Shown here: one piece after another, positions 27,944 to 41,460 of the stretch
How positions within the stretch are numbered: position 1 is the first letter of the stretch
How the letters are laid out: each line of letters begins with the position of its first letter
NCBI RefSeq assembly: GCF_009914755.1
Contig: NC_060928.1
Length of the DNA stretch: 64,000 nucleotides
From: the human T2T-CHM13v2.0 reference genome, Homo sapiens
Reading direction: 5' to 3' (one strand)
Program-made: the position numbers and the translations under genes
The notes under the pieces: generated by a model
Database searches by the model: none
Told to the model about the DNA's origin: nothing
The model's input: the letters and a program-made list of their open reading frames with translations, nothing else

Positions 27944-28100
27944 ATTGTAACAAATGTGCCACTCTTGTAGGGGAATGTTGACAATAGGGGAGGCTAGGCA
28001 TGTGTGAGGATAGAGGTATGTGGAATGGCTCTGTACCTTCCCCTCAAATTTGCTTGAACCTAAAACTTTTTTTAAAAGTCTTTAAATAAATTACAATTTA
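27944..28100 (+). mobile_element. L1MC1-like 3' terminus
   Basis: TTGTAACAAATGTGCCACTCT..ATGTTGACAATAGGGGAGGCT..CTCTGTACCTTCC..GAACCTAAAACT. Confidence 0.8.
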
Positions 28101-28116
28101 AAAAAGAAACAGAGGA

Positions 28117-28411
28117 GGCCAGATGCAGTGGCTCATGCCTGTAATCCCAGCACTTTGGGAGGCCGAGGCAGGCAGATCACTTGAGGTCAGGAGTTCAAGA
28201 CCAGCCTGGCCAATAATATGACAAAACCCCATCTCTACTAAAAATACAAAAATTAGCTGGGTGTAGTGGCAGGAGCCTGTAGTCCCAGCTACTCAGCGGG
28301 GCTGAGGCAGGAGAATCGCTTGAACCCGGGAGGCAGAGGCTGTAGTGAGCTAAGATCACATCACTGCACTCCAGCCTTGGCAGCAGAGTGAGACTCTTTA
28401 AAGAAAAAAAA
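28117..28411 (+). mobile_element. AluS (Sz/Sx-like)
   Basis: Dimeric Alu; TSD-like GAAACAG. Confidence 0.95.
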
Positions 28412-28892
28412 GGAAACAGGGATAATTGCGAAAAGAAGTTTTGAAATAAGAAGACTAGAATGAGAAAGACTAATATATATCTAATTACAGTCCCAAAAGA
28501 GACACAGGAGGGAACTTAGCAGAGAAAATATTTGATGAATATTTTCAGCAAACCTTAATCATTAGTGAATGGTTAAGATTTTCTCAAATTCTTAAAATAC
28601 AGCAACTCACAGATTCAAGATGACTTACAAACTTCAAGCAGGAAACATTTTTTAAAAATCCACAACTATCTATTTCATAGTAAAATTGCAAAAGACCAAA
28701 GTCAGATAAGATTTTAAAAGTGATCAGAGTTGTGAAAATTAGAATGACAAATTGAAAAAAGTGTCAGTTCTCCTCAAAATGATCCAAAGATTTAATATAA
28801 TGCAAACAATTCTAAAATGTTTTTGTGGAATTTGACAATCCATTTCTAAGATGTAAATGAAGGTGCAAGAGGTCAATAAGAGCCAAGACACT

Positions 28893-29192
28893 CTTTTTCT
28901 TTTTCTTTTTTTGGATGGAGTCTCGCTCTGTCACCCAGGCTGGAATGCAGTAGCGCTATCTCAGCTCACTGCAACCTCCACTTCCTGGGTTCAAGCAATT
29001 CTCTGCCTCAGCCTCCTGAGTAGCTGGGATTACAGGCGCCCACCACCACGCCTGGCTAAATTTTTTGTATTTTTAGTAGAGATGGGGGTTTCACCATCTT
29101 GGCCAGGCTGGTCTTGAACTCCTGGCCTCATGATCCAACCACCTCGGCCTCCCAAAGTGCTGGGATTACAGGCGTGAGCCACTGTGCCCAGC
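28893..29192 (-). mobile_element. AluS (Sg-like)
   Basis: Antisense dimeric Alu; TSD AGACACTCTT. Confidence 0.95.
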
Positions 29193-29528
29193 TTTGAGAC
29201 ACTCTTGAGAAAGAAGAAGGTAGGAACTTGAACTACCAGTTATCAAGTTTATTGTAAAGAGATTATAACTAACAATGTGGTTTTGGCACAGGAACAGACA
29301 AATGAGTTATGGAAGAGAATGGAACCCTATGCGCATATAGCCATTTGGTAAATGATAGAGTTGGTATTGCAGTTCAGTGCAAAGTAATTGCGCACTTCAA
29401 CGTACCACAGAACCAGTTCCAAGTGGAGGAAAGATCTAAATGTGAAAGGCAAAAAAATAAAGCTTTAAAAATATGACAAAAGAGAATATCTCCGTGACCT
29501 GGAGGGTAATGAAGACTTTTACAAAGAT

Positions 29529-29859
<331 letters not shown>

Positions 29860-30149
29860 AAAAGATTTTTAATTGACAATTTTAAAGAAAAAGTTGGCAA
29901 ATTCAGTTACATTAAAATTAAGAATTCCTCAAAAGCCATCATGAAAAAGTAAAAGGCAAGACATAAAATGTGAAGAACTATTTCAATGCATAAAGACACA
30001 AAAGACACAAAATTCAAATTCAGAATATTTTCAAAAACACTAATTCATACATAAAAGAGGAGAAAAGAAGAAAAGGTAACGGTATTGAACCCTGGGAAAA
30101 GTTATGCCATAGAAAAGTGGCTTCTGTATGCCAGGCAAGTAACATATCT

Positions 30150-30305
30150 TAATTTCACAATGACTTGTAAGATCTATAATATCCTCATGTTTCAAAAAAG
30201 GAAGCTGAGTTCCCAGACAGCAATAGCTTTTCCAGGATTACACAGCTAGTAAATGTCAATGTCTGAATTCAAGATTAAGTCTTCTAACCAAAATCCACAG
30301 CTTCT
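30150..30305 (-). mobile_element. MIR
   Basis: ATCCTCATGTTTCA..GGAAGCTGAG..CACAGCTAGTAAATG. Confidence 0.6.
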
Positions 30306-30514
30306 GCAGTTTACTGTGCATCTTGCTTTACACCATAGTCTGTGATTAATAAAATTCAGAGAGAATTCGCTTTTCTTTGTTTACTTACCTGCTGGAGATT
30401 TGCCTCCTTCCTTAACAAATAACTGCTTCTTGAAACTTGTACCCAACACTTAAAATGTGTGTATTTAATATATCTGATGAATGCTGCAGCTTTTCTTCAT
30501 TGTAGACCCTGCCA

Positions 30515-30574
30515 CGTGTGTTTTAAGAAGCCCTGCAGGTGATTGCAATGCACACTCTAATTTGAGAACCGCTG
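30515..30574. mobile_element. MER5 (hAT-Charlie) fragment
   Basis: TTTTAAGAAGCCCTGCAGGTGATTGCAATGCACACTCTAATTTGAGAACCGCTG. Confidence 0.7.
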
Positions 30575-30612
30575 CTCTATACTTACCTTAGATTTAGCTC
30601 AGAAAGCCACAC

Positions 30613-30895
30613 AGCTGGGCATGGTGGCTCACATCTGTATTCCCAGCACTTTGGGAGGCCAAGGTGGACAGATCCCTTGAGGTCAGGAGTTTGAGACCAG
30701 CCTGGCCAACATGGCGAAACCCCATCTCTACAAAAAATACAAAAATTAACCTGGTGTGGTGGCAGATGCCTGTAGTCTCAGCTACTTGGGAGGCTGAGGC
30801 AGAGAATTGATTAAACCAGGAGGCAGAGGTTGCAGTGAGCTGAGATCACACCACTGCACTCCAGCCTGGACAACAGAGCGAGACTCTGTCAAAAA
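30613..30895 (+). mobile_element. AluS/J with very short tail
   Basis: Dimeric Alu; TSD AAAGCCACA. Confidence 0.93.
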
Positions 30896-31980
30896 GCCAC
30901 AGTTCTCATCTGTCTGAAAATGGCTTCCTCTCATCTCCTTAGAAAATTCTCTTTTTTGTCTTGTTCAAGCTCATTGCTAATTCTACTTAATGCAGGAAGC
31001 TTTCCAAGCCTGGAGAAACTAACTTCAGTTTCTCCCATCATATGGAAAGAGCCGCCTCCCCCAGCTCCAACCCTATCCCAGTACAGGATATTCACATTGT
31101 TTCTTAAGAGAAAAATAAATAAACACAGAAACTGAAATCAAAATTTCAAACCAACCACAAAGTGCAGTTGGTGTGTGTTTGGACAGTATGTGAATAAACA
31201 TGTGACATGTTTATTTTACTGTTTAGAGCTTCAACTTCTGGACTAAAGGAACTATACCATGTATGCACTCTCCAGCAATGTGGGAGCCAAACACATTTTT
31301 AAATATCAGATAATAGCGGAAATTCTCAAAGCATGGTTCTGCCTGAGTATCTGCTATAGAATCACAGGATTGGATTAATCGATGTGAAAAATAATTGCTT
31401 GCATGTAAAAATTGTTTTTCAGAAGTTTTGTCCCCATGATGCTCCAGATATTGCCTGGAATATAAGCAGGCTCTGACCCCTCTTCCCATGGTCACCTCCC
31501 TGTGGCTTTCCGCGCTTCTGGCTTGGCTTTCCCTGGGAAGAAAAGCTGAAAACTTTCTTGGTACTGAGCCATTCTCCCATCTGGGATAAAGATTAAGAAA
31601 GAGGAGGGGAGCTTTTGATCAGATTATAAATGCCAGATGCTACCACATTAATAGCCCTACAGATCCCAATGGTGCTTACTTCAAACATTTGATTTTCCAA
31701 CTCTCCTCTCTAAAGAATGTGCTGGTAACTGTCAGGAGTCACAGAGGAGTGGCCCACTACATTCATGAGCACTTGCCACTGACAGATTAAAAGGAAATCA
31801 CGAGACCTTATTGTGGTTTATCAGCTTTCACATGGAGCAATTTTTCCCAGATTGGAGACTTCCATCATAGCTCAGGGAATCATGAGAATTGTTAAAGAGA
31901 TCAGCATATCGGCTTCAAGCCAAGAGGACATAAACCAACATCAACGAAAGGCATTCTAGCCTTAGAATTAGTATAGACTT

Positions 31981-32305
<325 letters not shown>

Positions 32306-32619
32306 TTATAGGAAACCATTCAGTTATTATAAATAAAAGAGTTCTTTGATTGTTTTCCTTATAAAATCTGAGGAAGAGTACATTGGTCAAAGCTGATGTG
32401 CAGAAAGAAAGTAGCAAAAAGAAATATGAGTGATAACAGAAAAAAGAGGAGAAAATGGAAGAGTCAAAGAAGAGAATCTGGAAAGGAAATACACAGTGAA
32501 TAGAAGGAAGTAATGCAATAGAACAAAATCAATTTCTAACTCGAAATTCTTAATTATGGTAATAATTTTAAGCCCAGCCTCTGAGGGAAAAATAGTTATG
32601 ATGCAGTCTAAGATCTATT

Positions 32620-32856
32620 GGATCAGCATTACTGAGTTTTCCTCTTGCCTGAGACTCCACTATGGCTTGGCCAGCACTGCTACTGACAGTCTTTATGTAA
32701 AATTTAGAAATTTTGTTCATTATGGATTTTCTTGCATAATTTTATTTTTTAAAATGTTCCATTAAAATATTATTTACCTTTATTACTGAGTTTTTGGTGC
32801 CCCTTAAATTTTGCACCCAAGGTGAGTGCCTCACTTACCATTGTCTTGGCCCCATG
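32620..32856 (+). mobile_element. MER96B-like hAT MITE (spacer and right arm only)
   Basis: GGATCAGCATTACTGAGTTTTCCTCTTGCCT..CTCCACTATGGCTTGG..CACTG, then TTACTGAGTTTTTGGTGCCCCTTAAATTTTGCACCCAAGGTGAGTGCCTCACT. Confidence 0.7.
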
Positions 32857-33225
32857 AATCAATCACACTTTTCTTTAAAATTTAGTTTGGTATCATCAGA
32901 ATAAGTAATGGAGATATAGAGGCATTTCTTTCAAATGGAAAGACCAGCTAATCATCTGGGTTAAGGTAAATAAAGATTTTAAGACTAGAAGACCTCTTGG
33001 GAGGCTATTTTCACAAATTATGGAGTTAGAGAAATGCTTTTACCTTGAAGAATTATATGTGAAGATTTATTCTGAATAAAGTTTTTCCTGGGTGCTCATC
33101 TATGTGATCTAACCAAAGCCACACATAAACATTATTATGATTACGTCTTGATCTGTTACAGATATTAGGCCCTGAAATAAAACCAAAGACTCTTGTCCCA
33201 CCAGCTCTGATGAAAACAGCAAACT

Positions 33226-33520
<295 letters not shown>

Positions 33521-33744
33521 GAAGGAAACTGGGAACACAGCAACTCCCAGGTATAAATTACAATGTGAACCTGAAAAGGTTCTCCTTCGAGCAATGTAAG
33601 AAAGTTCAGAAAAAACATGTTTTGAATGTTAATTCATCTGTTCCTGTGGAAAAGTATACATACACCTGGATTCGTATTAAGTGCGTATATGTGGACTGTA
33701 GCAGGAGACTACAGAAATACATTTGGATGGAAACAAACCCTTGT

Positions 33745-33879
33745 GGCCAGGCACTGTGGCTCACACCTGTAATCCCAGCACTTTGGGGAAGCTGAGGAAG
33801 GAGAATCACTTGAGCCCAGGAGTTCGAGACCAGCCTGTGCCAAATAGTGAGACCCTGTCTCTAAAAAAAAAAAAAAAAA
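33745..33879 (+). mobile_element. FLAM_C/Alu left monomer
   Basis: Monomer with TTGAGCCCAGGAGTTCGAGACC and A tail. Confidence 0.88.
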
Positions 33880-33989
33880 GAATATACAATAACATGTTCT
33901 CACTGCAAATGTAGGTGACTCAGAAATTTGGTACATGTAATTAATAAAAATAGTTTTTATTATTTTGTTTTCATTTGTTAAGAGAGGAC

Positions 33990-34200
33990 AGAATAATAGG
34001 CATTTTACTAATATTATTTTTCTTAATTCCCATAATAACCATAAATGGGAGATTCTACTGTCCTCATTTTCCACATGAAGGAGATGAAGCTTACAAAAGA
34101 GATTTGCCCCCAGCCAATCTAGCAGCTTGTTAATAGCGGGTGGGGTCAGATTTTTAACCTGAGTCTGTTTGATTCCAAAATCTCTATGTTCTTCTCTATA
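33990..34200 (-). mobile_element. MIR
   Basis: TCCTCATTTTCCACATGAAGGAGATGAAGCTT..GTCTGTTTGATTCCAAAA. Confidence 0.6.
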
Positions 34201-34201
34201 C

Positions 34202-34524
34202 CATGGGTTGACAAACTACAGTCCACATGTCAAGTCCACCATGCCACCTCACAGTCTGCAAGCTAAGAACGTCTTTTACATTTTCAAATGGTTGAAAAAA
34301 AGTCAAAAGAAGGATATTATTTTGTGACATGTGAAAATTACATGAAATTCAAATGTCAGTGTTCATAAAGGAAGTTTCATTGGAGCACAGCCACACCCGT
34401 TCATACTATCAATGGTTGTTTCATACTACAATGGCAGTTGAGTAATTGCTACAGAGACCATCTCTCCCACAAGCCTAAAATATTTACTGTTTAGCCTTTT
34501 TAAGCTAAAGCTTGCCAACCTCTG
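34202..34524 (+). mobile_element. MER58B (hAT-Charlie)
   Basis: CATGGGTTGACAAACTACAG..AGCTAAGAACG..GTGAAAATTACATGAAATTCAAAT..TTGCCAACCTCTG. Confidence 0.85.
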
Positions 34525-34675
34525 TTTTGCACTACCTTGTCTCTTAATTTGGTAGTGGAAATTTTAAAAGTATCATTTAAAAAAATAATAATCCCAGTTT
34601 TACTACGCTTTCTCTTGAAAGCATATTAGTATTAGATATATATTAGATATAGCTAACACTCCTGAAGTGCATCTC

Positions 34676-34842
34676 TTTTTTTTTCAAATAACACTTTAAG
34701 TTCTAGGGTACATGTGCACAATGTGCAGGTTTGTTACATATGTATACATGTACCATGTTGGTGTACTGCACCCATTAACTCATCATTTACATTAGGTATA
34801 TCCCCTAATGCTATCCCTCCCCTCTTCCCCCACCCCATACAG
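34676..34842 (-). mobile_element. Severely 5'-truncated L1PA (PA3/4-like) 3' end
   Basis: CTTTAAGTTCTAGGGTACATGTGCACAATGTGCAGG..CCTAATGCTATCCCTCCCC; TSD CATCTCTTT. Confidence 0.93.
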
Positions 34843-36764
34843 AACATCTCTTTATGATGCTCTTGCAAAAGCTAAATCTCCCTGCTTTTTGCACCTCCAA
34901 CCTGCAAGAAAAATTTCATTCCTACCTCAATGTTCTACCAATCAGATCAAGTTACATTTGTCTCTAACTTAACTGCAGTTCTCCATTTAACCTACGTGGA
35001 AGAGAAAAATCTGAACAGGAACACAGACATAAGTGCTGAAGTGCTGGTTTCTTGACAAGTCATGGATTTCTGCCATGGCTGATTATAGGAACCATAAGAA
35101 GCCAAGAAGGAGATCACATTTAAGTAGCAGCAAAAGAATACTTTTTCAAGCTATATAATTCTATGTATAGAGAATAACAAAATTATGGCAAACACCACCA
35201 CACCACACTGCAAACAAAATAAATAAGCTATTGTAAAACTGTGGCTAAATATCTAGTTTCTAACATCTACTTCCAATGGATTTCTGCTGCCTGCATTTCT
35301 TTTGACAGCCAGTCTGCTGACCTGGCATCCAAGACATCATTATGTAAAATGTTCTGGGAATCCAACAGTCAGTTCTCAGCATCTTAGGTCTAGCCTCCAA
35401 GCATTATTTATAATGCTAATGTCAGCACCATGACCCAATTGTATTCCCATAATCCCCTTCCAAGAGTGGAAGAAAGAAAACTCCCAAGAAATATCTATCC
35501 CTGGGACGTCAAAGGTAAGGCTGAGAGCAATGTTGCAGTCTCCTGTTTCTGTAGCTCTTGCTTTCTGACTCTCAGAGCAGCTTCTTTGGCTATTTCTCTA
35601 GGGCTTTCCAGCTTACACTGTTTTTTCTTATAACTTTTTGCCATCCGCTAAAGGAATTCATTGAACTAATGTGAAATATTATTAACAAGGCTGGCAGAAT
35701 GCTCTTCCACAGATAATGAGACAGAGGTTTCTCTGCCAAAATAAATTTTCATAGGTACAAATTCTATTTCTCTGCCTGATCCCCAGTGGTTTAATTTTTT
35801 GTTTCCTAATCTTCAGCCTCAGTCAAATTATCTTTTCATAGGGAAAATATTCCTAGCAACCTAAAGTACACAACTGACTTTCCATGAAAATAAACTCCAT
35901 TTCTCCATTCTCCTAGCCTCTCAGATTTCTAACACATTTAATCTTTTCTAGAGTCTGCCAAAGTCAAAGGAGTTCATAAAGTACATCATGCACCAATCTG
36001 CTTTTCAGACCAACTTGATATGATGCAGTTGAATTTTGACAGGCTAGCAGAAAGGAAATGACTTAAATCAGAAGCAGGCTTGGTTTAAAATTGTCTTGTC
36101 TGTGTGGTTGTTATTTTTTTCCTAGATGGTTCCAGAAAAAATAAATACGATTCTTGAGAGTGTCTACTTTGGAAATTGTTTTTTCCCTTCTTTGTCATTC
36201 TCTGTGTGATCCCAAGGGGCTACTGGAAAGAATTTTCCGGGAGCAAAAGGAAGAGAAAAGCCAGCAAAAAACTCAGTTTGCTCTTAATAACAACTCTTTT
36301 TCGCGTGTTGGTGAGCTGTCTCATCAGCCAGCAATGGAATCATTGTTAAAGACTCCTCTGGTTCCTTGACCTCAGGAAAATAAGTATCATTTAGTCCAGG
36401 ATCAAAACCAGGTTGAAAAGTTCTCTTTAAGAATCTTAACAATATGCCAGAAATGACTTAGATAACTAGGTGGTTCGGACGAAATCTTTAATATTCAAAA
36501 TACTTTAGAAAGAAAAACAAGCTTTTAAAAATGACAAACCCCAATGAGAGCAAAGATAACTCTTTAAAAATGTGAGAAGAAGCTGAGTCAGACTCTGTCA
36601 GCAAGCTTCACTGAGGCCTGGGGACTTGTAGCAACATGATTTTTTTTTCTTGAACTTACACAGCAACTTTTAGCCAAAGATCTCAACGTAGTCTATAAAA
36701 GGAAAATTATCTAACATCCCACTGGAGGGGACAGGTTCAGGATATTACCACTATCTCTCTAAAT

Positions 36765-36997
36765 CAGGGTTTCTCAACCTCTGCACAATTGACATTTTGA
36801 GTTGAATTATTCTTTATTGTGGAACCTGTCCTGTGCAATGTAGGATGTTTAGCAGCATCTCTGAACTCTACCCACTAGATGCCAGTAGACTCACCATCCC
36901 CCCATGTCCCTCCTCCCTTGTTGTGACAACCAAAAATGTCTCTAGACTTGCCAACTATCCTCTAGGGGGCAAAATAGCCCCCAGTTGAGAAACACTA
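36765..36997 (-). mobile_element. MER20 (hAT-Charlie), full length
   Basis: TIRs CAGGGTTTCTCAAC / GTTGAGAAACACTA; 8-bp TSD CTCTAAAT/TTCTAAAT. Confidence 0.92.
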
Positions 36998-37040
36998 TTC
37001 TAAATGAACCCACCAAGGCACAGAGTAGTCAATAGACTTA

Positions 37041-37373
<333 letters not shown>

Positions 37374-37631
37374 TCAGCCAAAAGGCAGTCTCAAAACTGG
37401 AAGAAAATGATAATTCCCAAGTCCCAAACATGTAACCCATACCACCAGTGCTCCCTACTTTAGTGGAAACTCATCTCTCAGACCACCCCTGAGTCACTAA
37501 TTTATTCCTCAGTTTGGTTAGTTCTGGAAACATATCCACTAGGACTTAGTTGTCAGTAAAAATTTTCCCTCACGCTGCACTGGAAGGTTGGCTGTGTTGT
37601 GTATAACCGATTGGTGTTATTCTCTTGGGGA

Positions 37632-37673
37632 TCACTAAGTGAATTCTGAGACTCACTAAGTGAATTCTGAGAC
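37632..37673. repeat. Perfect 21-bp tandem duplication
   Basis: TCACTAAGTGAATTCTGAGAC x2. Confidence 0.95.
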
Positions 37674-38342
37674 TAACTTCTTTCTGAAAGCAGGTAAGCC
37701 TATATAGCATGAAACGAATCAGAAGCAACCCTGTTATTGTACATGCAGAATCATTTATAGCTTAAAGCCTTTACTAAATGCAGAGCCGCTGATGGAGCAG
37801 AATGGGATGGGACAAGGAGTTCACAGGATGACTTAGCTGAGCAGATGAACATTTTTAGATTTTATCTGGTAAGTCCCTCAACCACATTAATTTTTTGCAG
37901 AGGATTTCTTGGAAATGGTTGCTACATGTACTTTTTCTTAATTGATTTATTTAAACAGAACACTTCATTTGCATACAATTTTTTGATATGTTTGTGCTTG
38001 TCTCTTGATAAATTATAAAATGCCTGTCCCCTCCCTCCTTTTTATTCACATCAGCATGTGAACTTGCTGATCCCTCCATGAATCAGTGAAGGCAGGTACA
38101 GATTAACTTGGGCAATGAGCCACCTCAAGGATTTTGGGAATAGAAACAGGTGTAATCATTTATTTTTAAAACTTGAACTCAGAGACACAAGAGGAGTGGA
38201 ATGCCATGCTTGTGTGACTGTTGCAGAAAGCTGGGTGTGAAGCTGTACCATTTAGCTCTATAGTCAACGAACATATGCTGCGTACCTACTGACTCTGAGG
38301 CCCTGTGCTGACGTTATAGAAAATGCAAGAATGACCAGAGTC

Positions 38343-38636
<294 letters not shown>

Positions 38637-38839
38637 TGCCCAGAGTCATGTTCTGCATTGATTTTTTTATTTTGTCATAGACTAAGAGAAAAACTGTTGC
38701 ATATGCAGAAGTAATTATACTGTGAGGCAGAAGGTAATCAGTGATGTAAAGGGGAAAAGGGGAAGTGTGTGTTTTTGGCATTCACAATTTTTGGCCCCAT
38801 AATACCATAAAGAATTAGGTTCTCATCACAAGATAGGGC

Positions 38840-39250
38840 AGGTGGTATGTAGTAGAAAATGCTCTAAATTTAGGGTCAAAAAATCTGGGCTGAAACCTAG
38901 TTTTTCCATTTTCTAGTTGCATATCTTTGAGCATGTTATATAACTTCTCTGAGCCTCAATTTCCTCACAACAGAAAGACAACAATAGTGCCTCAGAGGGT
39001 AACTATGAACAGCATGACTTTTGTTAAACCTTCAGACAAATGCTGCAGTTTCCAATGTTAGGGTCAAGCATAGCTATACTTTGTTGGATGCTTTCCTTGT
39101 GCAAAGTCTTTTAATATATCATCTTTAACCTACACAATAATCATATAAAATAGGCATCATTAGTCCACTTTTATAGATAAGGAAGTTGAAGCCAAAAGTG
39201 ATGTCTAAAGTACACAGCTAGTATTCCACAGATTCTACTGAGTCTATTGA
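38840..39250. mobile_element. Two MIR fragments in opposite orientation
   Basis: Plus: AACTTCTCTGAGCCTCAATTTCCTCA; minus: CCACTTTTATAGATAAGGAAGTTGAAGC..CACAGCTAGT. Confidence 0.65.
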
Positions 39251-39813
39251 ACCCAAAGCCCACCCAACCCAAAAGCATGCATAATTTTCATATCACCATG
39301 CTGCCATTTCACCATAGTCTCTATTTTGCATAATACAGCAAGAAGATTACAAATAAACAAGTTAACATAGCACCCATTGACATATGGGATTGATAAAATA
39401 ACCATCAAGGAAAACAGTATTGATTTATCATATTTCAAGAATGGAAAAATAGAACAAATACAAGTTACCCCCGACAGGATTCTTAAGAAAATGAGACAAA
39501 ATGACCTAAAATTTGAGACCAAAAAAAATGCGTGGGGAAGTTTACAGAAGTCCTACCCATTCCTAGAACTGGCGAGTTTCCACACTTGAGCAGGTGGAGG
39601 GCCTGAAGACCTCAGGAGCTTTTCTGAGTTTGGGTTTGAGCTCAGAACCCAGCAGCACCTCTCTTACCATAGGAAGAAAGAAAAGACCAGGCAACAGCTG
39701 TACTACAGGGCGCGAAGAAAGAGAAAGAATTAGCTATCTGTCCTCAAGAAATGAAGATTTTTTTTTGGCAAGCTATAGTGCAACATGTCAGGTGGAAATA
39801 GTCTATTTTTATA

Positions 39814-39881
39814 TTAGGTTGGTGCAAAAGTAATCACGGTTTTTGCCACTTTAATGGCAAAATACTAATACTTGCACCTAA
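39814..39881. mobile_element. MADE1 (Hsmar1-derived MITE) with damaged right arm
   Basis: TTAGGTTGGTGCAAAAGTAATCACGGTTTTTGCCA..AATGGCAAAA..TGCACCTAA flanked by TA. Confidence 0.9.
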
Positions 39882-40619
39882 TACTTTACAAATAGAAAGT
39901 GTTGCTCTTCTGGGAGAGAACATGGAGATATAGAGTCAGGAAAAATATCTAAGGCCAATAAGGATTTAAACAGAACCCCCACCAATAAAGTAATCTACTA
40001 CAGGCTGGGTCTATACAGTTCTCTCATGTAATCCTCGGATCAACCACGTACGGCATATGCTCTATGACTATTTTGCAAATGAAAACATTTAAGTGAAGTG
40101 ATCCTTTTATTTTTCTCAAGGTGTCTGTGGAGCAGTCATTGTGTTGCTTTGTAAGAAGTGGCCACCTTCAACATGGGAAGATGCTCTATCTGGCCCCGCC
40201 TAGGTCTGCCTGTTCCCTCAACACAGCCACTTCCCACTCAGTCTGCTCTACATCTCTATGCACACTGTCCATCTGGCACAAAGAAGGAACACCAGCTGGT
40301 ACATAAACTAGCACTGGAGGTATTTCCAGTAGCCTATGACCTTTGAATGGATCAACCTTTCACAGTCAACTCCTGATTATCTGCAAAAGGCTTGCACATC
40401 TCCTTGGCAAAGTTCTGGCACATAAGTGTTATTTCAACAATACAAGAGAATAATTCCACAAGTTAAAGGAATTTTCATCTTGGCCTACACAAAGTAGTAG
40501 GAAGATAAATCTGCAGGGAAAAAGGAATAATAGAGCCTCCAATGTCAAAGAAAAATCTATTCATTGTGGATTATCTCTTGCTCTCCTCCATTAAGGCAGA
40601 TAATTGGGGTTACCTGAGT

Positions 40620-40745
40620 CTCTAACCTTACAACACTGCTGAAAGCTAGGTATTAGTCTATTTTTATAGCTGATGAAAATGAGTGTCAGAGGTTAAGCAA
40701 TTTGCCTCAGGCCTTACAGCTAGTAGGTGTTGGAAGAGAGGCTCT
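40620..40745 (-). mobile_element. MIR
   Basis: ATTTTTATAGCTGATGAAAATGAG..GAGGTTAAGCAATTTGCCTCAGG..CAGCTAGTAGGTG. Confidence 0.65.
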
Positions 40746-41073
40746 TCAACCTCACTTACCTTTTGTAAGGCACTCCCCTCCCAATAAAGCAAACAGCAGA
40801 ATGAAATGAAGGGAAGACACTCCTTCTCTTTAAAAGCATGATTAAGAACAGTTAAAAATTTGGGGCTTAATTATCCAGCCTTACACTTTGTCAGCTACCT
40901 ATAGTGAATGTTACATCTTGTCCTGGCCTTTTCCTTATACCCAGTAACTTTCAGGCCCCTGTCAATGGTATGTGCTCAATGGCTAAAGAATAATATTAAT
41001 ATTAGCCTAAACAACATTGCATTGCAAAGACAAAATCAAACGGGGAAAACAATATCAAGATACATGATTCAAG

Positions 41074-41205
41074 AGCTAAGCACAGTGGTGCACATCTGTA
41101 GTCCCAGCTACTCGGAAGTTTGAGGCAGGAGGATGACTCGAGCCCAGGAGTTCTAGTCTGAGCAATATAGTGAGACTCTGTCTCTAAAAATAATAACAAT
41201 AAAAA
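41074..41205 (+). mobile_element. FLAM_A-like Alu monomer
   Basis: Monomer GTAGTCCCAGCTACTCGG..GAGCCCAGGAGTTC; TSD AGATACATGATTCA/AGACATATGATTCA. Confidence 0.85.
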
Positions 41206-41329
41206 GACATATGATTCATTCCAAGTCAAATAAAAAAGACTTCTTATCTTCAGATAAGCTTGGATCTATCACTTTATTAATACCAACAGTAAAAGTTGCC
41301 ACTAAACATTGAGTATGTTAGCTCTAATT

Positions 41330-41460
41330 TAGAAAGTAGAAATTAACATTTCTATATTAAGTTGAGAAAACTAAAACTAAGCAACTTGCTCAAGGCCATT
41401 GGCCTAATAAGTGCTAGAACCTAGATTCAAACCTGGGTGTTTCTCACTTATAAGCCTGCA
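41330..41460 (-). mobile_element. MIR
   Basis: AAGCAACTTGCTCAAGGCCA..GATTCAAACCTGGGT. Confidence 0.55.
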
